From an uncultured Solirubrobacterales bacterium (GTDB taxonomy: Bacteria > Actinomycetota > Thermoleophilia > Solirubrobacterales > 70-9): DNA of 64,000 nucleotides. Below, one piece after another: positions 43,597 to 53,146 of the stretch. Under the pieces are notes generated by a model. It had not been told where the DNA came from, searched no databases, and was given only the letters and a program-made list of their open reading frames with translations. Each line of letters opens with the position of its first letter. Positions within the stretch are counted from its first letter, which is position 1. Both the position numbers and the translations under genes were made by a program. Location: the NCBI GenBank assembly GCA_963840565.1, contig CAWIZH010000003.1, forward strand, positions 150,210 through 214,209. The letters are read 5' to 3'.

Positions 43597-44658
43597 GTGC
43601 CCACCTTCGACGCCCTAGCCGACCTACCGCTAGAGATCGAGGGCTACGAGCTACAGCCGCTGGAGCTCCACCTCCCCAGCTTCGAACGCCTCTGCACGGT
43701 GATCCACCTATGGGGCGCCGGCGAGGACGGCCTAGGCGAGGACGTCACCTACGACGCCGTCGACCACATTGCTTTCCAGGACGCTGGGCCGAGCCTTGAT
43801 ATCACCGGCTTTTCGACCTTGGGTGAGTTCTGCGAGATGGTCGGTGAGCAGGACACCTTCCCGGCCGAGCCCCAGCGCGATGTCTCCCGGCTCTACCGCC
43901 GCTGGGCCTTCGAGTCGGCGGCGCTCGACCTGGCGCTGTGCCAGGCTGGCAAGGGCCTCGCCGAGGTCGTCGGCCGCGAGCCGCGGCCGGTCACCTTCGT
44001 CGCCTCGATGCGACTGTCGCCGGGCGAAGACAGGCCCTCGACGATCGACACCCTGCAGGTCAAGCTCGACCGCTATCCCAGCCTGCGCTTCAAGCTCGAC
44101 CCGACCAACGACTGGACCGACGAGCTGATCGCTGAGCTGGTGCAGACCGGCGCGGTCGACTCGCTCGACCTCAAGGGCCAGTACAAGGGCACCGTCGTCG
44201 ACGTTGAAACTGATCCCGAGCTCTACGCCAAGCTGATCGAGGCCTTCCCCGAGGCATGGCTGGAGGACCCCGACGTCAACGACGAGACGCGCCCGATCCT
44301 CGAGCCGGTACGCGACCGCCTCACCTGGGACGCGCCGATCCACTCGATCGCCGACATCGAGGCGCTGCCCTGGGCGCCGAAGATGGTCAACATCAAGCCC
44401 TCACGGGTCGGCGGCTTGCGCCGGCTCTGCGAGGCCTATGACTACTGCGCCGAGCACGGCATCGGCGCCTACGGTGGCGGCCAGTGGGAGCTCGGCGTCG
44501 GCCGCGGCCAGATCCAGGTCCTCGCCTCGCTCTTTCATCCCGACACGCCGAACGACACCGCGCCGCGTGGCTACAACGCCGCCGAGCCAGAGGCCGGGCT
44601 GCCGACCAGCCCGCTGGAGCCTAAGCTGAGTCCGAAGGGATTCCGCTGGGAGGAGTGA
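43597..44658 (+). CDS. enolase-superfamily (mandelate racemase/muconate lactonizing-like) protein
   Basis: ESAALDLAL, FKLDP, WLEDP and MVNIKPSRVGG resemble enolase-superfamily barrel motifs. The start codon is GTG. Confidence 0.5.
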   Translation: MPTFDALADLPLEIEGYELQPLELHLPSFERLCTVIHLWGAGEDGLGEDVTYDAVDHIAFQDAGPSLDITGFSTLGEFCEMVGEQDTFPAEPQRDVSRLYRRWAFESAALDLALCQAGKGLAEVVGREPRPVTFVASMRLSPGEDRPSTIDTLQVKLDRYPSLRFKLDPTNDWTDELIAELVQTGAVDSLDLKGQYKGTVVDVETDPELYAKLIEAFPEAWLEDPDVNDETRPILEPVRDRLTWDAPIHSIADIEALPWAPKMVNIKPSRVGGLRRLCEAYDYCAEHGIGAYGGGQWELGVGRGQIQVLASLFHPDTPNDTAPRGYNAAEPEAGLPTSPLEPKLSPKGFRWEE

Positions 44659-44743
44659 GGGATTTGGTGTCCTCGCCCGTCCAAATGCCGGGCTAATGAG
44701 CCCGGCATTTTGAGTATCCGCCCGTTCGAGGACACCAAATCCC
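44659..44743. repeat. nested palindrome enclosing an intrinsic-terminator-like hairpin
   Basis: GGGATTTGGTGTCCTCG (44659-44675) pairs with CGAGGACACCAAATCCC (44727-44743). The inner AAATGCCGGGCT-aatg-AGCCCGGCATTT (44683-44710) is followed by T. Confidence 0.75.
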
Positions 44744-44817
44744 TCTTCTTCGGCCGGCCGAATTCCACGATTCGGCTACGTTGCGGGCTGACCGCCGCCG
44801 AGCTAGGAGGAGAAGAG

Positions 44818-45354
44818 ATGGCCGAGAAAAGTTTTGCCGACGCGCTCAACGAGCAGGTCGCCAACGAGTTCGCCGCCTCGCAGCAGTACGTCGGGGCCGC
44901 GGTCTACTACGACGCCGAGACCCTGCCCCGCCTTGCCGCCTTCTTCTACCGCCAGGCGCTGGAGGAGCGCGAGCACGCGATGATGATGATCCAGTACCTG
45001 CTCGACGTCGGCGAGGGAGTCCACATCCCCGACATCAAGGCGCAGGAGACGACTTACTCCGACGGCAGTGCCCCGGTGCGGATGGCGCTCGAGCAGGAGA
45101 AGCGGGTCAGCAACGAGATCTTCGCCCTCTTCGAGCTGGCGCGTGAGGTCAAGGACTACCGGGCCGAGCAGTTCCTGCAGTGGTTCGTCAAGGAGCAGGT
45201 TGAGGAGGTCGCGTTGATGGGTGACCTGCTCAACGTGGTCGAGCGGTCGAAGGAGAACCTGCTGCTGGCCGAGGACTACATCGCGCGGGAGAGCCTGGGT
45301 GAGGAGGGGTCAGATCCGACCGCCCCGCCTATGGCCGGAGGGTCGGCTGGGTAG
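44818..45354 (+). CDS. ferritin
   Basis: ALNEQVANEFAASQQYV...EEREHAMMMIQYL ferroxidase-site residues. The ATG at 44818 is preceded by AGGAGG. Confidence 0.85.
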   Translation: MAEKSFADALNEQVANEFAASQQYVGAAVYYDAETLPRLAAFFYRQALEEREHAMMMIQYLLDVGEGVHIPDIKAQETTYSDGSAPVRMALEQEKRVSNEIFALFELAREVKDYRAEQFLQWFVKEQVEEVALMGDLLNVVERSKENLLLAEDYIARESLGEEGSDPTAPPMAGGSAG

Positions 45355-45425
45355 GAGAGGTAGCCCTCTTCCAGACCCGCTCGCTGCGCTCGCTCAAGTG
45401 TCTGGAAGAGGGCTACCTCTCCTAC
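45351..45425. repeat. family-B conserved-core hairpin element, copy 2
   Basis: GTAGGAGAGGTAGCCCTCTTCCAGAC | CCGCTCGCTGCGCTCGCTCAAGT | GTCTGGAAGAGGGCTACCTCTCCTAC. The arms are 26 bp and perfect. The left arm contains the ferritin TAG. Confidence 0.88.
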
Positions 45426-46217
45426 TACCCAAGCCAGCCGGCGCGCTTGCGCATCGATTTGATCCGGCGGAACTCGGCGATGTCCTCGCGTAGGGCTGCG
45501 GGAGCAGGTGCTGGGAGGAATCTCGCTGGCAGAGGTGACTCCACGACTCCGGTGTCGGAGCTTGTGACCTTGTAGGCGCGGGCTCCTCGACGGGCTGTGA
45601 CAGCCGATGGCGGGCCGGGGCCTTCCCAGATCAGGCCGGCGTAGTCGTCTAGGCCGTAGCCGTCGGGCATGCCGTTGCCGACCGCCTCCAGGTAGGCGGC
45701 GCGGCGCTCGGGCTCGTTGTTGTAGTGGACGCAGAGGCTGCCGCTGAGCAGGCCCAGGCCCGCCTCGACTTTGGGATGGCCGGATGACTTGGTGATGCCG
45801 GCCTCGAACCAGCACATCGCGCCGGCGCTCTGGCCGGCGAGGACGATGCCCTGGCGCCAGGCGAGGCTGAGGATCGCGCTCGAGTTCGTGGGCCTCCCAG
45901 ACCGCCAGCAGGTTGACCAGGCTGCCGCCGCCGACGTAGATCAGGTCCTGGGCGAGGAGGTGGTCGCGCAGCGCCATCGGCCGCCGGCCGAGGCGGAAGA
46001 GCGAGAGGTCGGAGGGCTCGCAGGGACGCTCGCCGAAGGCGGCGTAGAAGCGGCCGATCTGCTCGGAGGTGTCGCCGCTGGCGGTCGGCAGGATGCAGAT
46101 CCGCGGCCGCCGCTCGGCCCGCTCGGTGGCCAGCCGCAGCATCAGCTCGCTGACCGCGCGATCGGGCGGGCGCGAGGTGAAGTCGTGGCCGCCGAGGGCG
46201 AGGATGCGGGAGACCAT
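45425..46217 (-). pseudogene. peptidase S51 (dipeptidase E-like) gene with one frameshift
   Basis: The N-terminal frame reads ...DLIYVGGGSLVNLLAVWEAHEL. The sequence continues in another frame as AILSLAWRQGIVLAGQSAGAMCWFEAG.... An apparent 1-nt insertion lies near 45875-45882. Confidence 0.7.
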
Positions 46218-46223
46218 CGGCCG

Positions 46224-46998
46224 CTACGCCGCCGAAGCGGTCGAGAGCGACGGCGAGGTGGCCCCGGGCAGGCGGGTGACCGCCGGGGCGTCGCCGAGGT
46301 ACGCGGTCGCCAGGCGCATCTCGACGACGCGTTCGCCGGCTGCGTCGAGCCGATAGCCGCGCGCGGCCGGCCGCGAGGCGACCACGCGGTTGAGCTCGCA
46401 GCCGACGAAGTGCAGGCCGGCGCTGTCCTCGGCGGCGTAGCCCGGCCGCATCCCCTCGCGCAGCATCTGGTGGTAGGCGAGGCGGCGCTCGGAGGTCGGC
46501 TCGTAGTGGACGCAGTTGCTGAACGGCAGGAGCCCCAGGCCCTCGACCCGCTGCGGCGCGCCGTGGAAGCCGCTGACCGCTTCCTCGAACCAACACAGCG
46601 AGCCGGCCGAGAGCCCGCAGAGGACGACCCCCGCTTCCCAGGCTTCGCGCAGGATCGCGTCGATCCCGTGCGCCCGCCAGACCCCGAGCAGGCTGACGAC
46701 GCTGCCGCCGCCGACGTAGATCAGGTCCTGGGAGAGCAGGTGCTCGCGCAGGTCGGCCGGGCCCTGCTCACGGCGGAAGAGCGAGATGTGGCTCGCCTCG
46801 CAGCGATCGGCGGGAAAGGCGCGGTAGAAGCGGACGATGTAGTGGTCGGCGTCGCCGCTGGCCGAGGGCAGGAAGCAGACGCGCGGGCCGCTCGCGCTGG
46901 CAGAGGCCCAGCACGTACTCATCGAGCAGCGGATTTCCCGACTCCATCGAGAATCCCCCACCCCCAAAGGCGACGATCTGGCGAGGCGCAGTCTCCAT
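46224..46998 (-). pseudogene. second peptidase S51 paralog with one frameshift
   Basis: METAPRQIVAFGGGGFSMESGNPLLDEYVLGLCQRERP switches frame to RVCFLPSASGDADHYI.... An apparent 1-nt insertion lies near 46880-46888. Confidence 0.7.
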
Positions 46999-47330
46999 CG
47001 ATAAATGGTCGCGCCAAGGCCGGCTCGGGCGGTTGTACAGGGGTCCGAGATTCGGTCCGGCGCGATCGCCCCGGTGTACAGTGCCGCCGCCGAGGGCGAT
47101 CCGGGTATTCCGTCGGCGTTCCCAATCAGTCAGGGCAATTGTTAATCTCGGTACGAGATCGTCCACAGAGCGCCCTCAGGGTGTACAATCGCGTTTACCT
47201 AAACACGAGTGTCTGCCTGAGGAGCGCCCGCAGTGCCGCCGAGTTCTCCGCACCACAGCAACGTTTCCGCCGCCCCGCCCAAAGATCTTGGCGCCCTGAT
47301 CGAGCAGGAGCGGCTCCCGGCCGGCCGCGA

Positions 47331-47972
47331 GTGACCTGGACGAGCCGCTGGTCGCCCACTCCCAGCGCGAACGGATCCTCAACTCGATGGCAGCGAGCTG
47401 CGCGAAGAAGGGCTACGGCGCGACCACGATCGCCGACGTCTGCGAGCCGGCCGGGCGTCTCCCGCGCCACCTTCTATGAGCTCTTCAAGGACAAGGAGGA
47501 CTGCTTCCACGCCGCGATGGAGCTGGCGCTGGCCGAAGCGATGGGCCGGATCGTCGCCGTCTACTCGCCCGACAAGCCCTGGGCGACGATGGTGCGCGAC
47601 GCCGCCGCCACCTTCCTCGACCTGCTCGCCACCCGCCCCGGCTTCGCCCGCATGGCGCTGGTCGAGGCGCCGTCCTCGGGCGAGCGCGCCTTCGAGCTCT
47701 ACGCCTCCGGTAAGCGGGTGCTGCAGTCGCTGCTCGAACGCGGCCGCGACGACCCGGTCGAGGAACAGGCGATCCCGTCCAGCGCCGGGCGCGCCGCCCT
47801 CTCCGCTGCCGAGTCGCTGATCGTCGGCCAGATCCTCGCCGGCAACACCGCCCGCCTCGGCGAGCTGCTGCCCGACATCGTCTACATCACGATGGTGCCC
47901 TACCTCGGCCAGGAGGAGGCGCTGCGCCAGTCGCGCGAGGCCGAGCGGGCCCTCGCGGCGACGGACGGCTGA
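47331..47972 (+). pseudogene. TetR-family regulator with the HTH-encoding segment out of frame
   Basis: SQRERILNSMAASCAKKGYGATTIADVCEPAG is encoded in frame 2 (47336-47452). GTG 47331 and the rest (VSRATFYELFKDKEDCF...) are in frame 0. Confidence 0.6.
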
Positions 47973-47978
47973 GAACCG

Positions 47979-48649
47979 TTGGCACAGGCGGGGGGTGAGA
48001 AACGCGAGCGCTGGCGGCCGCCCCGGGGCCGCCACCGGCTGCCACCGGAGGTGATCGCCCGCTCCCAGCGCGAGCGGCTGCTCGAGGCGGCGGTGCGAGT
48101 CGTCGCCGAGAAGGGCTACGGCGCGACCACGGTCGCCGACCTGACCCGCGAGGCGGGCATCTCCCGCACCACCTTCTACGCGATGTTCGAGGACAAGGAA
48201 GCCTGCTTCCTGGCCGCCTACGACAACGTCGCCGAGGCGCTGGTGAAACGGGTCGCAGCGGCGTATGAGGCCGAGGAGCGCTGGCCCGACCGCGCCCGCG
48301 CCGGCCTTGCGGCGCTGCTCGAGGCGCTCGCCGAGGAGCCGCGATCGCCCGCCTGGCGCTGGTCGACGTCGGCGCCGCCGGGCCCGCCGCCCAGCGCCGC
48401 TACCGGGCGGCGCTGCAGCGGCTGACGCCGCTCTTCGACGAGGGACGCGACTTCGCCCCGGGCGGCCGCGGCCTGCCGGCGAACACCTCGCGGATGGCGA
48501 TCGGCGCCGTCGCCGGGCTGATCTCCGACGAACTGGCTGAGGGACGCGAGGAGTATCTGCCGAGTTTGCTTTCGGACCTGCTTTTTGCCACGCTAGTGCC
48601 CTATATCGGCCCAGCGGCGGCAGCCAGGGAGGTGGGCGGAAACGAGTAG
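47979..48649 (+). pseudogene. TetR-family regulator with one frameshift
   Basis: ...LLEALAEEP changes frame to AIARLALVDVGAAGPAAQRRY...LVPYIGPAAAAREVGGNE. An apparent 1-nt deletion lies near 48340-48346. Confidence 0.65.
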
Positions 48650-48721
48650 GTAAACGCTTACGTACACCATGCCGCTATGATGAAGGTACTCCGGAGTTCT
48701 CCACCAACCTGGGATTGGCCG

Positions 48722-49328
48722 ATGGCATCTGAATCGCGGCGTGACCTAATCCTCGCGGCAATGATCCGCGTGGTCGGCAGCAAGGGGTACAAGGAGACCT
48801 CGGTCGCCGACGTGATCGAGGAGACGCCCACCTCCCGCACCACCTTCTACAAGTACTTCGAGGACAAGCACGACTGCTTCCTCGCCGCCTACGAGATGCT
48901 GGTCGAGCAGGTCTTCGCCGAGGTCGTCGCCAACTGCGACGGCAGCCAGCCCTGGCTGGAGCGGGTCGAGGCCGGGCTCTCGACGATCGTCAAACTCTTC
49001 GCCCTCGACCCGACGCTGGCGCGCACTGCCGTGGTCGAGGTCGCGGCCGCCGGCGCCGACGCGCGCCAGCTGCACTGGAACGCGGTCTCCAGGTTCACCG
49101 CCTACCTCGAGGACGGCCGCGAGCTCGTCCGGCGGCCGCGAGCTGCCGGAGAACATCTCGCTGATGTCGGCCGGCGCCGTCTCGGGGCTGATCTTCGACG
49201 AGCTGCTGGCGGGGCGGGCGGCGCAGCTGCAGGCGATGCTGCCCGACCTGCTCTTCGCGATGCTGGTGCCCTACATCGGGCCGCGCGCGGCGGCCGAGGA
49301 GATGCGCCGCGTCGCCGCAACTCGCTGA
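48722..49328 (+). pseudogene. TetR-family regulator with one frameshift
   Basis: ...FTAYLEDGRELV changes frame to GGRELPENISLMSAGAVSGLIFDELL...LVPYIGPRAAAEEMRRVAATR. The indel lies near 49128-49135. Confidence 0.65.
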
Positions 49329-49774
49329 GGCGCCGGCGGCATCGCTTTCGCCGCGCCCATTTCGCGGCGCAGTTTGTGGCGCAGGCGGTGCAGGCGCACC
49401 TTGACCGTGCCGTCGGGGATGCCGAGCCGGCGTGCGATCGCCTCCTGGGTCAGGTCCTCGCTGTAGCGAAGCTGGATCAGCTGGCGGTCGCGCTCGTCGA
49501 GGCGTTTGAGCGCCGCGTGGAGGTCGGCGCGCTCGACCGTGGAGAGGATCTGCTCGTCCTCGGCGCCCTCCCAGGTCTCGACGCTTTCGACCGGATCGGG
49601 ACGCACCCGGGAATGCTGGCGGAAGGCCTCGTTGCGGACGATCGTCCCCAGCCACTCCTTGCGGCGGGCGCCGTCGCGCAGGGTTGAGCGCCGGCGCCAG
49701 GCGCGCAGCAGCGCGTCCTGGGCGATGTCCTCGGCCTCGCTCGGGTTGCTGGTGTAGTGGTAGGCCATGCGCAC
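49271..49774 (-). CDS. ECF-type sigma-70 family sigma factor (possibly N-terminally truncated)
   Basis: AEDIAQDALLRAW (region 2) and EDLTQEAIARRLGIPDGTVKVRLHR (region 4). Only a GTG start is available, although sigma-like sequence (EAHRFC) continues upstream without a start codon. The 3' end overlaps the convergent TetR by 58 nt. Confidence 0.55.
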   Translation of the reverse strand: MRMAYHYTSNPSEAEDIAQDALLRAWRRRSTLRDGARRKEWLGTIVRNEAFRQHSRVRPDPVESVETWEGAEDEQILSTVERADLHAALKRLDERDRQLIQLRYSEDLTQEAIARRLGIPDGTVKVRLHRLRHKLRREMGAAKAMPPAPQRVAATRRISSAAARGPM

Positions 49775-49928
49775 GCAGAAGCGATGGGCCTCATCCCACT
49801 CCCAGCCGTCGTCGGAATTCGAATCTTGAATGATGGAAACGTTGATTGCTCGACCGTACTACTTCTAAAACCAAAAAGGTGAATTTTAATGCTGAAACTT
49901 TCTTGAGTTAGTTTCAGGTCTTCTTTTT

Positions 49929-50736
49929 GTGGAGGTCACGGCATCGGCGGAGACTGGCGGGGATTGGGCCGAGCGCACCTACGAGGCGATGGCTCCGGTC
50001 TATGACGACTTCACCGCCCACCACGACTACGAGGGTTGGCTCGCCGACCTGTTGAAGGCGCTGGAGCGCCACGGGCTGCCAGGCAAGCGCCTGCTCGACG
50101 TCGGCTGCGGGACCGGCAAGAGCTTCATGCCGATGCTGCCGCGCGGCTGGGAGGTGACCGGCTGCGACATCTCGCCGGCGATGCTCGAGCTCGCCCGCGC
50201 GAAGGCCGGCGAGGCGGTTCAACTCGAGGTCGCCGACATGCTCGAGCTGCCGCGCTTTGGTCGAGTTCGATCTGGTCTGGGCGCTCGACGACGCGATCAA
50301 CTACCTGCTCAGCCCGGAGGAACTGGAGCGGGCGCTGGCGGGGATGCGAGCAAACCTGGCGCCGACCGGGCTGCTCCTCTTCGACGTCAACGAGCTGCTC
50401 GCCTACCGCACCTTCTTCGCCGAAACCGAGGTGGTCGAACGGGGAGGCCGGCGGCTGGTCTGGAACGGCCTCGCGGCAAAGGACGTGGCGCCGGGCTCGA
50501 TCTGCGAATCGCGGCTCGAAGTAACGTCCAAGGACGCTGGGGCCGGGGCCGGCGAGGCGCCGGTCATGACCCACCGCCAGCGCCACTTCCCCGAAGCGGA
50601 GGTGCTGGCGGCGCTGGAGGGGGCAGGGCTGGAGTGCCTCGACGTCTACGGCATCTACATCGACGGGATTCTCAAGCAACCGCTCGACGACACGATTCAC
50701 ACCAAGGCGATCTACATCGCCCGCAGTGCCGTATAG
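49929..50736 (+). pseudogene. class I SAM-dependent methyltransferase with one frameshift
   Basis: ...LLDVGCGTGKSF...VADMLELPRFG switches frame to EFDLVWALDDAINYLL.... An apparent 1-nt insertion lies near 50259-50262. Confidence 0.7.
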
Positions 50737-50758
50737 CGCCCGTACCATCCCGTAACCG

Positions 50759-52720
50759 ATGCCTGAACCAGTCAGGCGCAGCAAGCGCTACATGCCCGGC
50801 CTCGATGGGCTGCGAGCGATCGCCGTGCTCGCCGTCATCGCGTACCACCTGGAATTCGGGTGGGCTCCCGGCGGGCTGCTCGGAGTCGGGATCTTCTTCA
50901 CCCTCAGCGGCTACCTGATCACCGACATCCTGCTCGCCCACATGGCCCGCCGCGACATGCGGCTGCTCGACTTCTGGCTGGGACGGGCGCGGCGCCTGCT
51001 CCCCGCCCTCTTCTTGATGCTGGTCGTCGTCGTCGCCTGGGTGACGATCTTCGGACCCGCCCAGCCGTCGAAGTTCCGCGACGCCGTGATCGCCGCCGCG
51101 CTCTACGTCAGCAACTGGCAGCTGATCTTCCAGCACGTCTCCTACTTCGCCCGCTTCGGTGCGCCGGAACCGCTCGGCCACCTCTGGTCGCTGGCGGTCG
51201 AGGAGCAGTTCTACATCTTCTGGCCCTTCCTGCTGCTGCTTGGGACAAAGGTCATCCGCGAGGCGCCCGGGGCGCCGGCGGGAGTGCGGCCGCGGCTCGC
51301 CGTGGCGACGCTGATCCTCGCCGCGATCTCAGCGATCGCGATGGCGCTCCTCTACCGCCCGAGCTTCGACCCCTCGCGCGTCTACGACGGCACCGACACG
51401 CGCGCCTTCGAGCTGCTCGCCGGGGCGGCGCTGGCGATGGTCTGGCCGAGTCGCAAGCTGACGCCGAAGATCGCGGCAGGCGCCCGCAACATCCTCGACG
51501 TCGCCGGCGCCATCGGCCTGCTGGCGATCGTGCTGATGATCTGGCGCACCAACCAGTACTCGTCCTTCATCTACGACGGCGGCCTGGTGCTGCTCTCGAT
51601 CGCCACCGTCTTCGTCGTCGCCGCCCTAGCCCATCCCGCCAGCAGGCTCGGCGTCCTACTCGGCTGGGCGCCGCTGCGCTGGATCGGCGTGCGCTCCTAC
51701 GGCATCTACCTCTGGCACTTCCCGATCATCGTGCTCACCTCGCCGAGCGGGCCGCACGGTCCCGACCTCCTCCGCGGCGCACTGCAGGTCGGGGCGACGT
51801 TCGGCATCGCCGCGCTCTCCTGGCGCTACGTCGAGGAGCCGGTGCGCCACGGGGCCTTGGGGCGGCTCTGGAAGCGACTGCGCTCGCAGGGCCGGCGCTC
51901 CGAGCTGATCTCGCAGCGGGGCTGGGCAGCTGCGGGCGCGCTCACCGCCGTGCTGCTCGTCGCCCTGGTCGGGCTGGCCGGCGCGGCGCTCGACCCCAAC
52001 GCCGAACCGCCGGTGGTCTCAGGCAGCGCCGTCGCCTCGCCGGTCCCCGCCTCGCAGATCTCCGCCGAAACGACCCCGGCCGGCGAAGTCGCGATCCCGG
52101 GACACAGCTCCTGCAAGTCGGTCGTCCACATCGGCGACTCGACCTCCGAGGGCCTGACCTCGACCAATTACCTGCCCAACCCCCGTGACCGCAGCGAAGC
52201 CCAGTACGCGCGGGTCGGCGCCACCACCTCTTACTTCGCGATCTCCGGGGCGCGCTCGATCGACGAGACCTTCGAAGGCGAGCCGAACGCCTACGAAGCG
52301 GCCCTGGCCTGGAAGGAAGAAGGCTTCCGCGGCTGCTGGGTCTTCGCCCTCGGCACCAACGACAGCGCCGACGTCTACGTCGGCGGCAGCGTCAGCGATC
52401 GCGAACGGATCGAACGGATGATGTCGGCGGCCGGCAACGAGCCGGTGCTCTGGGTCAACGTCAAATCCCTCGTCCCCAGCGGCCCCTACGCGGAGAGCAA
52501 CATGCTCGAATGGGACGAAGCCCTGCTTGAAGCCTGCTCGCACTACCCCAACATGCGCGTCTACGACTGGGCCTCTGACGTCAAGGACGCCTGGTTCATC
52601 GACGACGGCATCCACTTCACCACCCCCGGCTACCGCGCCCGCGCCCGGCTGATCGCCGACGCCCTGGCCGAAGCCTTCCCCTCGGGCGGCGGCCGCAGCC
52701 CGGGCTGCGTCGTGCACTAA
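50759..52720 (+). CDS. acyltransferase family 3 (OafA-like) membrane protein with C-terminal SGNH-like domain
   Basis: GLDGLRAIAVLAVIAYH, WSLAVEEQFY and multiple TM segments. The C-terminal soluble domain carries HIGDSTSEG. Confidence 0.8.
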   Translation: MPEPVRRSKRYMPGLDGLRAIAVLAVIAYHLEFGWAPGGLLGVGIFFTLSGYLITDILLAHMARRDMRLLDFWLGRARRLLPALFLMLVVVVAWVTIFGPAQPSKFRDAVIAAALYVSNWQLIFQHVSYFARFGAPEPLGHLWSLAVEEQFYIFWPFLLLLGTKVIREAPGAPAGVRPRLAVATLILAAISAIAMALLYRPSFDPSRVYDGTDTRAFELLAGAALAMVWPSRKLTPKIAAGARNILDVAGAIGLLAIVLMIWRTNQYSSFIYDGGLVLLSIATVFVVAALAHPASRLGVLLGWAPLRWIGVRSYGIYLWHFPIIVLTSPSGPHGPDLLRGALQVGATFGIAALSWRYVEEPVRHGALGRLWKRLRSQGRRSELISQRGWAAAGALTAVLLVALVGLAGAALDPNAEPPVVSGSAVASPVPASQISAETTPAGEVAIPGHSSCKSVVHIGDSTSEGLTSTNYLPNPRDRSEAQYARVGATTSYFAISGARSIDETFEGEPNAYEAALAWKEEGFRGCWVFALGTNDSADVYVGGSVSDRERIERMMSAAGNEPVLWVNVKSLVPSGPYAESNMLEWDEALLEACSHYPNMRVYDWASDVKDAWFIDDGIHFTTPGYRARARLIADALAEAFPSGGGRSPGCVVH

Positions 52721-53142
52721 AAGACCTGTGCGTCGAGAAAGCCGGCGATCAACACCAGCCAGCCGCCGATCTCGGCGACGATCAGGGTGGCCATGAAGGC
52801 CTCGAGGCCGCGGCCCGGGCGGCGGAACTGATTGTCGGTGTCGCGCTTCCAGCCGTGCACCATGTAGCCGGCCACGGCGGCGTAGAAGTAGAAGGCCAGG
52901 GCGCCGGCGGCGAGCAGGTTGACTAGCACGCCCCAGCCACTCAGCTCGACGAAGGTCGCGATCAACAGCAGGGCAAAGCTGTAGAGCAGCGCCGCCCGGT
53001 GGGCGATGTCCGTGTAGGGATGGGCCAAGCCCTCCTCGGAAGCGTCCATCTGCCGGAACTTCATCACCCCGAGCAGCAGCGCCCAGAGGAACATCAACGC
53101 TGACAGGAGCAATACGGCCTTGGTGTCGTCTCCCAGAACCAC
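52717..53142 (-). CDS. hypothetical 4-TM membrane protein
   Basis: Four hydrophobic segments and no recognisable motif. Confidence 0.45.
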   Translation of the reverse strand: MVLGDDTKAVLLLSALMFLWALLLGVMKFRQMDASEEGLAHPYTDIAHRAALLYSFALLLIATFVELSGWGVLVNLLAAGALAFYFYAAVAGYMVHGWKRDTDNQFRRPGRGLEAFMATLIVAEIGGWLVLIAGFLDAQVF

Positions 53143-53146
53143 GGAC

